Of a stretch of DNA of 64,000 nucleotides, positions 8,323 through 17,643 are shown in pieces. Both the position numbers and the translations under genes were made by a program. Every line of letters begins with the position of its first letter. The stretch's first letter is position 1. The stretch is taken from contig MFJJ01000010.1 in assembly GCA_001780895.1 (NCBI GenBank), forward strand, positions 898 to 64,897, written 5' to 3'. The stretch is from Candidatus Gottesmanbacteria bacterium RIFCSPHIGHO2_01_FULL_46_14 (GTDB lineage Bacteria > Patescibacteriota > Microgenomatia > UBA10105 > UBA927). The notes beneath the pieces are model-generated. The model worked only from the letters and a program-made list of their open reading frames with translations. It was not told where the DNA came from and did not search any database.

Positions 8323-9350
8323 AGCAGGAAGCCGCCAATGACCACACCGACAAGAAGTAAGGTAAACACCTTCTGTCGACTCGTGACAGCCAAGGCGATT
8401 GCACCAAGTATAGCCGACACACCCCAGTAAAACAAGGCAACACGGCGTCGGCCCCATCCCAGATCCAAGAGTCGGTGGTGGAGGTGACCACGGTCGGCCC
8501 AAACTGGAGACTTTCCGTGGCCTATTCGTCGTATGAGCGTATAGAGGGCGTCAATTGTTGGAATGCCGAGAACCAGGAGTGCGGTGCCCAGTTTCCCGTA
8601 GGAAAGAATACCCAACAGTCCGAGCATCAGCCCGGCGATCGTTTTGCCGCCGTGTCCCGGCATGATTTTTTGCGGATAGACGTTCCATGGTAAAAAACCC
8701 AGGAACGCTCCGGCGACGATAAAGGCTAAAATCGTGACCGGAAGTTGAGACGGGTCGACGGCACTATAGCGCAGGGACAAGAGTCCCAAAACAATGCCAG
8801 AGACCACGACAAATCCCGGCATCTGTCCGTCGACTCCGGCTGACCAGCCGACGATGTGCATCGTCCACATAAGCCAGACGAATGCAAATAGGTCTGCCCA
8901 GACCAAAATGGAATGTTTTCCAAAAAAATCAAACGAGAGGCGCCAGGTTTGAAGATCGATTACTCCTCCGGTTATTGGATTGGTAACAAACGGAATACCG
9001 GCGCCCACTCCTATCACAACAATAACGGCAAGTATCCCAATACCAAGGCGAATATAGGGGTTTATATCACGTTTGTCGTCTATTATTCCCGTGATCGTCA
9101 GGAGTGCAAGTGCTACGATTATTCCGACCGTGAGTTTTGTAACGGGTAGATAAAGAAGCATTGCGATGGCGATTGCCGCAAATAAGGCAAGCCCTCCCGC
9201 GCGGGGGACTGTTCCGTGATGGGTATGGGCGGGATGATAGCGATTTTTTGGGTTATCGAGGAGTTTCCAGTTGCGGGCAAGATCAATAACCCATGGCGTT
9301 ACCCCAAAACTAATGAGACCTGCAACAATTCCGGCAAGAGCGAAATTCAT
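8268..9350 (-). CDS. WecA/TagO-like polyprenyl-phosphate GlcNAc-1-phosphate transferase (MraY family)
   Basis: VPRAGG, GIIDD, GVDG, LGFLPWN.YPQKIMPG, ADRGHLHHRL. Confidence 0.9.
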   Translation of the reverse strand: MNFALAGIVAGLISFGVTPWVIDLARNWKLLDNPKNRYHPAHTHHGTVPRAGGLALFAAIAIAMLLYLPVTKLTVGIIVALALLTITGIIDDKRDINPYIRLGIGILAVIVVIGVGAGIPFVTNPITGGVIDLQTWRLSFDFFGKHSILVWADLFAFVWLMWTMHIVGWSAGVDGQMPGFVVVSGIVLGLLSLRYSAVDPSQLPVTILAFIVAGAFLGFLPWNVYPQKIMPGHGGKTIAGLMLGLLGILSYGKLGTALLVLGIPTIDALYTLIRRIGHGKSPVWADRGHLHHRLLDLGWGRRRVALFYWGVSAILGAIALAVTSRQKVFTLLLVGVVIGGFLLWLKYFWQFSKPHDPDSG

Positions 9351-9357
9351 GAGAGCG

Positions 9358-9732
9358 TTACGTAACCAGAGAGAGAATTTGTACGATTGAAACAAACGAT
9401 AGTATACTCACAAAAAATGATGCAATGATGACAAGTTTTGAAAACACCGTTTGCCCACCGATATTACTTGCCAAAGTAAGACTCAGTCCTTGCCAAAAGA
9501 GACTCGCCCCCGGGAGAAGAAAGAGCCAGAGGGGGTTTGCCAGTTGGTCTTGTCCCCACGCCCGAGAATACCACAGCGGTATGAATGGCGGGAGCATTCG
9601 CCACCACCAGGCGATGATGGCGATAGAGAGCAGGGTGAAACTGATCGATGCGATCGAGAGCCAACGAATCAAGGGTAATACCAACAGTTGACTCCATTGT
9701 GCCCGAATGCGCTCTATAGGTGCGAGATTCAT
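9358..9732 (-). CDS. DUF1648-like membrane protein
   Basis: LPPFIPLWYSRAWG..QLA motif, 3 TM segments. Confidence 0.6.
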   Translation of the reverse strand: MNLAPIERIRAQWSQLLVLPLIRWLSIASISFTLLSIAIIAWWWRMLPPFIPLWYSRAWGQDQLANPLWLFLLPGASLFWQGLSLTLASNIGGQTVFSKLVIIASFFVSILSFVSIVQILSLVT

Positions 9733-11036
9733 AGGGGAGGAGTCGTGCTGTAAGCAACGCTATAGGATCCATCAATGTTAACTAAGAATGCTTGCATTGG
9801 ATAGGGCGGAAGATCATAGGCCTGTTTTTTTGGATCAAATATCGCATCCCCAACATACCAGGGAAACGCTGATCCGTTGGGATTATAGAGATACACGCGT
9901 GAAGGATCGGCACTATAGTATATGCTTTCAAACAAGATGAGTGGAGATTGAGCAAGTATCACATCGCGGGTTCCCGCAAGAGCGTTTATTTCTGTGAATG
10001 TACGGGCAATATCAACTTTTGGGTGTTTATTGGGGTACCACAGGTTGAATGCCAGAGAAAAAAGAATGAATGATACCCCCAACACTTTTTGCAATCGGCG
10101 GTTCCTCATGGCGTCAAGCGCATACACTAAAAGAAATACCTCGGCGATAGTAACGGGAATGAGGTATCGATTCACAAACAGCGGCTTGATAAACGATACA
10201 GAGATAACGAGAATTATCGGAGCAAATACGGCAAGGAAGAAATAGAGGGCTATCTGTTTGTGTTCTTTATTTCTGAGAGCCGTCACGAATAAAAGAATAA
10301 GCCCGACGGACAGAGCTGCGGTATAGTCCCATAAATACCACGGCGTCCCTTCATATCCCAAAAATATATTCCCAACGACCGAGGCAATCAGGTGAAAGTC
10401 GACAGGGAAATACCACGAATTTTTGAGTTTGGCCGATACTTGCGCAATGCGGATAAGCCAGGGAAGAATAAACAGTCCATTAATAAGAGAGGCGCGAACG
10501 AAAGGATCGCGCAGTCGCCTCGGTGACAGTTTTTTTGTGAGGAGCCAATGGATAACTTGGACGAATGGAACAATGAGAAAGTAGCTGTGTGTGTAAAATC
10601 CCAGGATCGTTGCCAGAATATAAAGCCGCCATCGACGTTCAATATACGTGTACATGGATAGTGTCGCAAAAAAGATATACCATCCATATGTTCGGACCTC
10701 AAACGCATAATAGATAAGCATGGGATTTAAAAAGAACAGGAGAGGGAGTACGATGGAAAGCCAGGACTTTTTAAATAACGTTTCTGACCAGTGTATGACG
10801 ACTCCAGTTGCAAGGGCAAATCCTAATAGAGATAAACTGCGAACGGCAATTTCACTTGTGCCAAAAAGTTTTATCCAATAATGGAGCATGGTGTAATAAA
10901 CGGGCGGTTCAAAGGTGACCGATTGAGCAATCCATGAGACTGGACGTTGCGCAACCAGTACCGAGAACGCCTCATCGCGCCAAAGGCTTTGGGTGAGGTA
11001 GAGGAGCGGGGTATGCGTCAAGAGCCAATTGAACAT
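9729..11036 (-). CDS. GT-C (PMT_2/GT39-like) membrane glycosyltransferase
   Basis: SLWRDEAFS, PPVYY, E.AVRSLS, YAFEVRTY; polytopic. Confidence 0.85.
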   Translation of the reverse strand: MFNWLLTHTPLLYLTQSLWRDEAFSVLVAQRPVSWIAQSVTFEPPVYYTMLHYWIKLFGTSEIAVRSLSLLGFALATGVVIHWSETLFKKSWLSIVLPLLFFLNPMLIYYAFEVRTYGWYIFFATLSMYTYIERRWRLYILATILGFYTHSYFLIVPFVQVIHWLLTKKLSPRRLRDPFVRASLINGLFILPWLIRIAQVSAKLKNSWYFPVDFHLIASVVGNIFLGYEGTPWYLWDYTAALSVGLILLFVTALRNKEHKQIALYFFLAVFAPIILVISVSFIKPLFVNRYLIPVTIAEVFLLVYALDAMRNRRLQKVLGVSFILFSLAFNLWYPNKHPKVDIARTFTEINALAGTRDVILAQSPLILFESIYYSADPSRVYLYNPNGSAFPWYVGDAIFDPKKQAYDLPPYPMQAFLVNIDGSYSVAYSTTPPL

Positions 11037-11050
11037 ATCGTTACCTGCTA

Positions 11051-12532
11051 TTATACCTTTTCAGTCACTCGATACTCCAGGCGTTTGCCGAGCATGAGTC
11101 TTGTGTGAGCATCAAGTCCGGGAAGAGCGGAAAGGAAAAACGAGACGACGGGTAACGTAATCCATTGAAGGTATAAAAACGGTATTTTCCATCGTGCATA
11201 TTCTTTCGGACGAGGGGGTTTTATACGTAAATCGATGACAATAACAACAATAAGAAATATTGCCGATAGCGTAAGGATACCTGATGATATTTGCGAGAGA
11301 TTATGCCCGAGTACGGTGCGGGCAAACGCAGGGTTAATAAGGGGAGGAAGGGTGCTTCCAATTGTAAGAATAAACCAATTTGCCGGCCAGAACACGTGAT
11401 GTTCAAGGAGCATAATAAGGCGGCGTAGTCTGTCAGATAGCGGAATGGTGTGACTGAGGAAGACGCCACGGATGACAAAGGGAAGATCCGATACGCCCCA
11501 TGCCCAGCGTTTGGACTGTTCATATTGATTGACCATCGTCCGGAAAAATGAATGACTCTCCGCAGCATCAGCAAGAACCGGAAGAAATATGCCGCGGGTG
11601 GTAACTTTTTCTCCGAGGGCAAAATACACTTTAAAGAAGAGGTGATAATCTTCTGGGATTACGTCTATGCCCCAAAACCCTGCTTTTTGGGCTGTTGAAA
11701 GGGCTAGGGAATACGTGGAAAAATTGATGAATCGACTGCTTTGCGAGAGAAGCGAAAGATTCCAAATGCTGTTCATGGTATTAAATACCCGGCTGGGGAG
11801 GGGGATTCGCCAAATGTTGGAATAAAATAAAATCGCTCCCTGATAGAAATGATACGCCCGGTCTGGATCGGTGAGGAATTGACAGGAAAGAGCCGAGAAA
11901 TATTTTGGGTGGAGGAGTGCATCTGCGTCACACGAGGTGACGGTCGTGGTATTGATATCAATATGCCAACCCGGGAGAGCAGCGACAACTTTTTTTGCCG
12001 CCCATGCCATGTTTGATGATTTCCCCGCGACTTCGCCGGTATGAAGAACGTGTCGCGTGACCATGAATTTGCCAAAAAGACTCCCAAATTTCTTCCGTAG
12101 AGTTTTTTCTGTTTCTCGCGCGTGGGGATCTTTATCTTCGGTTGCGAGAACTACAATGATGCGCTCTTTAGGAAAGTCCTGTTGGGCTAGGTTTGTAAGT
12201 GTGCGTTCAAGGACGTGGATGGGTTCCTGATACTCGGGAACAATCACAACATGGTAGAGCTTATTAAAATCTGGGAGATTCTTTGTGAGTGCGACCCAGT
12301 CTACTTTCGTATGCGCAGAGATCATCAGAAACGATCGGATCGCATGAATAGCCAGGCGAAATGATTTATAAAACCAATAGACATCAAAAGTAATGATGAG
12401 ATAGGCAACGATAGCCGGATGCCAAAATGACAGCCAAAACGGCATCGTTATAAGTATCCACGAAGTGAAGGGAATGAGAATTTCAAAAAATCGTCTTGTC
12501 CGGTTTGGATACCGGAGAAATAATGATCTCAT
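11051..12532 (-). CDS. GT2 family membrane glycosyltransferase
   Basis: GKSSN, CDAD, PED, QSKRWAWG (QxxRW) motifs. Confidence 0.88.
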   Translation of the reverse strand: MRSLFLRYPNRTRRFFEILIPFTSWILITMPFWLSFWHPAIVAYLIITFDVYWFYKSFRLAIHAIRSFLMISAHTKVDWVALTKNLPDFNKLYHVVIVPEYQEPIHVLERTLTNLAQQDFPKERIIVVLATEDKDPHARETEKTLRKKFGSLFGKFMVTRHVLHTGEVAGKSSNMAWAAKKVVAALPGWHIDINTTTVTSCDADALLHPKYFSALSCQFLTDPDRAYHFYQGAILFYSNIWRIPLPSRVFNTMNSIWNLSLLSQSSRFINFSTYSLALSTAQKAGFWGIDVIPEDYHLFFKVYFALGEKVTTRGIFLPVLADAAESHSFFRTMVNQYEQSKRWAWGVSDLPFVIRGVFLSHTIPLSDRLRRLIMLLEHHVFWPANWFILTIGSTLPPLINPAFARTVLGHNLSQISSGILTLSAIFLIVVIVIDLRIKPPRPKEYARWKIPFLYLQWITLPVVSFFLSALPGLDAHTRLMLGKRLEYRVTEKV

Positions 12533-12544
12533 ACAAGGTTATCT

Positions 12545-13264
12545 CTATACTGTTTTGAATAGCGCGTATTTGGTTAGTCTCCCGAGCAGATAATACGTTC
12601 GACTGACGATGTCTTTGAAAAGCGAACGCTCGTCTGCGCGAAGTTGAGTAAGAACGGTAAGCGCAGGGTCAAACAGGACTTTAAGGTGTTTTTGATGAAG
12701 CCGAATGGCGAGCGTGAGGTCATCCATTTGCGTGACGTCGTGAATTTTTCCGTCAAATCCCCCAGCTTTGGCGAGAGCATCCCGACGTATAGCAAGATTC
12801 CCACCGATAATCAGCTGAACTCCAAAGACAGCATGAAGAAGGGCAAACATATATATATAATCTTTTCCTTGAGGAAAAATCCACGTATAGAATTTTCCGA
12901 CGTCTGTAAAACTATATGGACCACCGACAGCCGCAATAGAGGGATGTTCCCGAAAGGTGACTTGGATTTTTTTGAGGTAATCAGAAGGAACGACGCAATC
13001 TGCATCTACAAAAACGAGGAGCTCACTTTTTGCCCGCCGTACTCCGGTGTTTCGGGCGTTGCTTGCTCCCGGTTTCTGCTCGAGAAAGACAAGTTGTATA
13101 TATTTTTTTGCAACGTCGCTCGTTGCATCCTTGGAGTTATTGTCGACGACAATAATTTCATACGGCTCGCGGAGACTTTGTTTTTTAAGGGAAGCGAGGC
13201 AAGCTCCAATATGGTGTGCTTCGTTGTATGCGGGAATAATGATCGACAAAACCGGTTTTTGCAT
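12545..13264 (-). CDS. GT2 family glycosyltransferase
   Basis: SIIIPAYNE, VDNNSKD, ARNTG, FVDAD; TATAAT 7 nt before ATG 13264. Confidence 0.9.
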   Translation of the reverse strand: MQKPVLSIIIPAYNEAHHIGACLASLKKQSLREPYEIIVVDNNSKDATSDVAKKYIQLVFLEQKPGASNARNTGVRRAKSELLVFVDADCVVPSDYLKKIQVTFREHPSIAAVGGPYSFTDVGKFYTWIFPQGKDYIYMFALLHAVFGVQLIIGGNLAIRRDALAKAGGFDGKIHDVTQMDDLTLAIRLHQKHLKVLFDPALTVLTQLRADERSLFKDIVSRTYYLLGRLTKYALFKTV

Positions 13265-13294
13265 TGTAGGAATTATACAAAACCTGTGGTATAA

Positions 13295-14671
13295 ATGCAT
13301 GTTATAGTGGATTGCCCACGAATTGTTATCATCGGTGCCGGACCATGCGGTTTAGGTGCAGCATGGAGACTGCAAGAATTTGGCTACAGAGATTTTGTCC
13401 TCTTAGAAAAAGAAAATCACGTTGGCGGTCTGGCGTCCTCGTATGTTGATGCCAACGGATTTACCTGGGACGTTGGTGGTCACGTCATTCACTCGCACTA
13501 CCCCTATTTTGACCGTGTTTTTCAAGAGGTCACCGCTGGAGAATATTTAACCCACGAGCGTGAATCCTGGATATGGATATACGATCGTTTCGTTCCCTAT
13601 CCGTTTCAGAATAATATCCGTTATCTGCCTCCTTCGGTGATACAGGAGTGCCTTGACGGCTTAAAGGAGGCTTCTGCAAAGAAACACGACCCGGAAACGT
13701 TTGCCGAATGGATAGTTGATTCTTTTGGAAGTGGCATCGCCAAACATTTTCTTTTTCCATACAACCGCAAAGTATGGGCATATCCGCTTGAAAAAATGAG
13801 CTACCAATGGGTGGGCGATAGAGTTGCTTCTGTCGACATAACAAGAATTGAACTCAACATTGCAGAAAAGAAAGACGACGTTTCATGGGGTCCCAATGCC
13901 GTATTTGAGTTTCCAACATTTGGGGGAACCGGTTCTATTTGGGAGGGTGTTGCAAATCGGTTCCGGTCGCACATCCGACTCAACGCCGGTGTTACTTCTA
14001 TTGATGCCCTCAAGCGGCAGGTAATCTGTACTGATGGTTCGGTTCATCCTTACGACGTGCTTTTGACGACGATGCCGATAGACCGATTGACTGGATTGAC
14101 GACGGGACTCACTGGCACGTCAGGATCTGAGGACCTTCATTTCTCTTCAGTTTTTATCGTGGGGATCGGGGTTAAAGGAGATACTCCAGCTCACCTTCGC
14201 GGGAAGTGTTGGATGTATTTTCCCGAAGATCACGCCCCGTTTTTTCGCGCGACGGTTTTTTCCCATTACTCACCACATAACGCCCCCAAAGGAACATGGT
14301 CTCTCATGACGGAAACGTCAGTTTCGCGCTATCAACCGCTAGCTAACCAAGACATTGTCGCTTCCGTTATCGACGGGGCAAAAAAAACGGGTTTAATCGG
14401 AGAGCAATCAACCGTTGTCGACACGTGGAAATTTACGACAAACTATGGCTATCCAACACCGACGCTTGGGCGTGATCAAATTCTTGATCGGTTATTCCCG
14501 ATATTTGAAAAGCACAATATTTTTTCCCGGGGAAGATTTGGAGCATGGCGGTATGAAGTTTCCAATCAGGATCACACATTTATGCAAGGAGTTGAGTGGG
14601 TCAATAAGATTCTCAATGGAGAAGAAGAGGTAACGGTCTTCCATCCGGAGTTGGTTAATGCAAAGAAGTGA
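13295..14671 (+). CDS. FAD-dependent oxidoreductase, UDP-galactopyranose mutase-like (eukaryote-type)
   Basis: GAGPCG, DVGGHVIHSHY, WGPNAVFEFP, RGRFGAWRYEVSNQDH. Confidence 0.75.
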   Translation: MHVIVDCPRIVIIGAGPCGLGAAWRLQEFGYRDFVLLEKENHVGGLASSYVDANGFTWDVGGHVIHSHYPYFDRVFQEVTAGEYLTHERESWIWIYDRFVPYPFQNNIRYLPPSVIQECLDGLKEASAKKHDPETFAEWIVDSFGSGIAKHFLFPYNRKVWAYPLEKMSYQWVGDRVASVDITRIELNIAEKKDDVSWGPNAVFEFPTFGGTGSIWEGVANRFRSHIRLNAGVTSIDALKRQVICTDGSVHPYDVLLTTMPIDRLTGLTTGLTGTSGSEDLHFSSVFIVGIGVKGDTPAHLRGKCWMYFPEDHAPFFRATVFSHYSPHNAPKGTWSLMTETSVSRYQPLANQDIVASVIDGAKKTGLIGEQSTVVDTWKFTTNYGYPTPTLGRDQILDRLFPIFEKHNIFSRGRFGAWRYEVSNQDHTFMQGVEWVNKILNGEEEVTVFHPELVNAKK

Positions 14672-15425
14672 AGAGCGTTTGTGCATTAGTTGTCGTTGTG
14701 TCTGCCAGAACTTTTGTTGTAATTCCTTTTAGTTGGGCGATCTGTTTAGCGATAAGCGGAATATATTTGGGTTCATTGCGTTCTCCTCGATGAGGCACCG
14801 GTGTTAGATAGGGTGCATCAGTTTCTAGCAGAAGCATGGAAAGCGGAATTGATGGAACGGTTAGTGACAATTGTTTGGAATAGGTTACATTGCCATCAAT
14901 ACCGACAAAAATTTTTCGCGCCTGGGCTTGGCGAAGTTCTTGAAGACCTCCGGAAAAACAGTGGATGGTGCCTTTTGGTAAAGATGGGAGTGCGTCGAGG
15001 ACAGTAAAAAAATCTTCGTATGCGTCCCGACAGTGCATGATAACCGGAAGATTATGGCGAAGTGCGAGACGAAGCTGTTCATCAAAGAGCCGTTTTTGTT
15101 TGTCTTTTTTTCCGAGCGCCTGCTCACCCTTGTACTGAAAATAATCCAAACCGCATTCTCCGATAGCTATGACTTGATCATTCATAAGGGAGTCGAGTTT
15201 TTGCACATCCGGGTCATGCTGTGCTTCGTGGGGGTGGATGCCCAGAGCAGGGAAGATAACGCCCGGATAAAGCTTAGCCAGCTCCAACACTTCTTGTGAA
15301 GAGTGTAAATCAACGCCGGGATTGATACATTGTTTCACTCCCGCCTTTTTGGCATTCCCTACGACCATCGCCCGATCAGAATCGTATTGAGAGAAATTAA
15401 GATGGCAATGTGTATCGATGTACAT
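14655..15425 (-). CDS. tatD: TatD family hydrolase
   Basis: DTHCH, GIHPH, IGECGLD, HCR, HCFS, ETDAPY. Confidence 0.95.
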   Translation of the reverse strand: MYIDTHCHLNFSQYDSDRAMVVGNAKKAGVKQCINPGVDLHSSQEVLELAKLYPGVIFPALGIHPHEAQHDPDVQKLDSLMNDQVIAIGECGLDYFQYKGEQALGKKDKQKRLFDEQLRLALRHNLPVIMHCRDAYEDFFTVLDALPSLPKGTIHCFSGGLQELRQAQARKIFVGIDGNVTYSKQLSLTVPSIPLSMLLLETDAPYLTPVPHRGERNEPKYIPLIAKQIAQLKGITTKVLADTTTTNAQTLFTSLH

Positions 15426-15428
15426 GCG

Positions 15429-16856
15429 TTACAGGCGGGGAAATAACGATGGTTGAGATAGTATCGTCGGCCCCCTAAATTGCTCAAGAATTTTTTGGGC
15501 GGTTTGTGGCAGAAACGGTTGGAGGAGGGTGGCGATTTCGATAATTTGGCTGATTGCTCGGTCAAGTACTTTGATTAAATCATTGCCAGATAACTTCCAC
15601 GGTTGGTTCTCGTTGATAAACTTATCTACTGTTTTTACTCTCTCCCAGACATACGCAAGCGCATCATTGAATCTGTACTCTTCAAGCGCTTTTTTGTATT
15701 CTCCGGTATTGACGTCTTGAAAATTTACATTTTTCATTTTACACTTTTGACTTTCTGCCAGTTTCGCGATTCTAGCCACTAAATTTCCAAGTCCGTTGGC
15801 AAGATCTGCATTGTAAAGTTCTTTAAATCTTCTCTCTGAATAATCGCCGTCACTATAACTAGGTATTTCGCGGGTGAGATAGTACCGGACTGCGTCAGTT
15901 CCATATTGATTAAGAACTTTTATGGGATCCACAACATTGCCAACCGTTTTACTCATTTTTTGCCCATCAACAGTCAAGTAGCCATGAACGAAGAGTTGCT
16001 TGGGTAATGGCAGACCCGCGGATTTGAGAACTGCCGGCCAGTAGATTGCATGAAACCGCAAGATTCCTTTGCCGATAATCATAAGGTCAGCTGGTGCCCA
16101 TTTGGTAAATAGTTCGTCATTCCAGCCTAAGCCAATCCCACTGTAATAAATGTTGTTCGCATCAAACCATACATACATAATTTGATCGGGATCTCCAGGG
16201 ACAGGTACGCCCCATCCTTTGGCGCGTTCTTTAGTTCGGGAAATAGAAAAATCTTCTAAGCCTTTTTTTATAAAAGCTACCGTTTCATTTTTTTTGCTCT
16301 GAGGGATAATAGAGAGAGCATCAGAGATGATTAACTCCTCGAAAAATTTTTGGTATTTTGACAAACGGAAAAAATAATTTTTTTCTGCGATAAGATCAAG
16401 CTTCTTGCCGGGATGTTCAAAACATTCACCGTTTTCATTGAGTTCATCGGATGTATAAAAAGCTTCACAACCAACGCAGTAGAGCCCCTCGTATGATTTT
16501 TTATAAATATCCCCACTTTTTGTACAGAGTTCCCAGAGTTTTTGAGAGGATAAAAAGTGATTTTCGTTTGTCCCACGTTGCCATATATCAAAATGAACAT
16601 TGAGCTTTTTGGCCAGATCAAGAAATTCTTGTTGGTGAATGTCGCAGAATTTATGTGGTTCTACTCCAGCCTTTTGGGCGGCCTGAATAATTTTTAGTCC
16701 ATTTTCATCGGCTCCACACAGATACAGTACATCCTCATGGAGAAGCTTGTGATATCGTCGAATAACGTCTGAGTAGATAAATTCCTGTGCATGGCCGATG
16801 TGAGGCGCAGCGTTGACGTAAGGAATTGCGCTATGGAGGTAGAATTTATTTGTCAT
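15429..16856 (-). CDS. metG: methionine--tRNA ligase (short form)
   Basis: PYVNAAPHIGH, KMSKT, YVWFDA, DLANGLGNL; start ATG 16856 or 16865. Confidence 0.95.
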   Translation of the reverse strand: MTNKFYLHSAIPYVNAAPHIGHAQEFIYSDVIRRYHKLLHEDVLYLCGADENGLKIIQAAQKAGVEPHKFCDIHQQEFLDLAKKLNVHFDIWQRGTNENHFLSSQKLWELCTKSGDIYKKSYEGLYCVGCEAFYTSDELNENGECFEHPGKKLDLIAEKNYFFRLSKYQKFFEELIISDALSIIPQSKKNETVAFIKKGLEDFSISRTKERAKGWGVPVPGDPDQIMYVWFDANNIYYSGIGLGWNDELFTKWAPADLMIIGKGILRFHAIYWPAVLKSAGLPLPKQLFVHGYLTVDGQKMSKTVGNVVDPIKVLNQYGTDAVRYYLTREIPSYSDGDYSERRFKELYNADLANGLGNLVARIAKLAESQKCKMKNVNFQDVNTGEYKKALEEYRFNDALAYVWERVKTVDKFINENQPWKLSGNDLIKVLDRAISQIIEIATLLQPFLPQTAQKILEQFRGPTILSQPSLFPRL

Positions 16857-16874
16857 AATCGTCATTGTACCATC

Positions 16875-16896
16875 AAAAAACCTCCTTGCGGAGGTT
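16875..16896 (-). terminator. intrinsic terminator (attenuator 3:4) upstream of metG
   Basis: minus strand AACCTCC-GCAA-GGAGGTT-TTTT. Confidence 0.8.
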
Positions 16897-16922
16897 ATTA
16901 AAATTCCAGATTATAACCTCCG

Positions 16923-16970
16923 CTACAAGACGGCTTGCATTGCCATCAACGTGGAGGTTTGGGTTTTCAT
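16923..16970 (-). CDS. putative metG leader peptide MKTQTSTLMAMQAVL
   Basis: 15-codon ORF with internal Met codons 9 and 11, overlapping alternative stems. Confidence 0.65.
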   Translation of the reverse strand: MKTQTSTLMAMQAVL

Positions 16971-16971
16971 A

Positions 16972-17067
16972 TTATTTACTGTGTTTTCGCACAAACAGGG
17001 CGCCGAGCAAAGCGACAAAGGCCAGAGCGAAGAGATATAAAATGAGATTATTTTCTATCTGATTCAT
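16972..17067 (-). CDS. 31-aa single-TM small protein (MNQIENNLILYLFALAFVALLGALFVRKHSK)
   Basis: ATGA overlap with the upstream gene; hydrophobic helix followed by a basic tail. Confidence 0.6.
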   Translation of the reverse strand: MNQIENNLILYLFALAFVALLGALFVRKHSK

Positions 17068-17258
17068 AAGTCAATAATATAGCTTGCAAGGTAAAAAAGC
17101 AACACAATGACAACTCCCCCGATAAATATCTGCAACGAGAATGGTCTGTCGTCTAAGAATTGACCAAACACAAGCGCTATTGCGACCAAATTTCCCAACT
17201 CCATGAGTTTTTCTGATAATCGGGATCGAAAGGGTTTACGGAAAACAATTCTCTTCAT
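17064..17258 (-). CDS. small 2-TM membrane protein
   Basis: TGGTATTCT 6 nt before ATG; two hydrophobic helices. Confidence 0.65.
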   Translation of the reverse strand: MKRIVFRKPFRSRLSEKLMELGNLVAIALVFGQFLDDRPFSLQIFIGGVVIVLLFYLASYIIDL

Positions 17259-17275
17259 GTTTCAAGAATACCACG

Positions 17276-17590
17276 TCACCGTTTTGATAGCAGGAGCTCA
17301 AGGGAGGTGAGGCAAGCAAGAAGCAAAATGAGATAGAGCGGTTCGCGAAGGTTGAGGATTTGAAGGACGAGGTAAGTCGTAAGCCCTAGGGATAAAAGAA
17401 CAGAACGTCGTACATTATTTAAGAGGTAGAGGAGTATCCAGAAACAAGAGACAAATAGTAATACAAAAAAAATACCAAACAAATGCCATGCATTGGGTTC
17501 GTAGCTATTAATAAACCACGCAAAGCCACTAAAACTTGTCAGTCCCAAAACCAACCACCAGATAGACCGCGGATGTTTCTCGTGACGCAT
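17276..17590 (-). CDS. hypothetical multi-TM membrane protein
   Basis: Hydrophobic ORF divergent from rmuC; TACAAT upstream of ATG 17590. Confidence 0.6.
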   Translation of the reverse strand: MRHEKHPRSIWWLVLGLTSFSGFAWFINSYEPNAWHLFGIFFVLLFVSCFWILLYLLNNVRRSVLLSLGLTTYLVLQILNLREPLYLILLLACLTSLELLLSKR

Positions 17591-17643
17591 ATCGTGAGTC
17601 AATTGTAGCGGGGTAGATCCCATGCTACAATATCAAAACTTCT

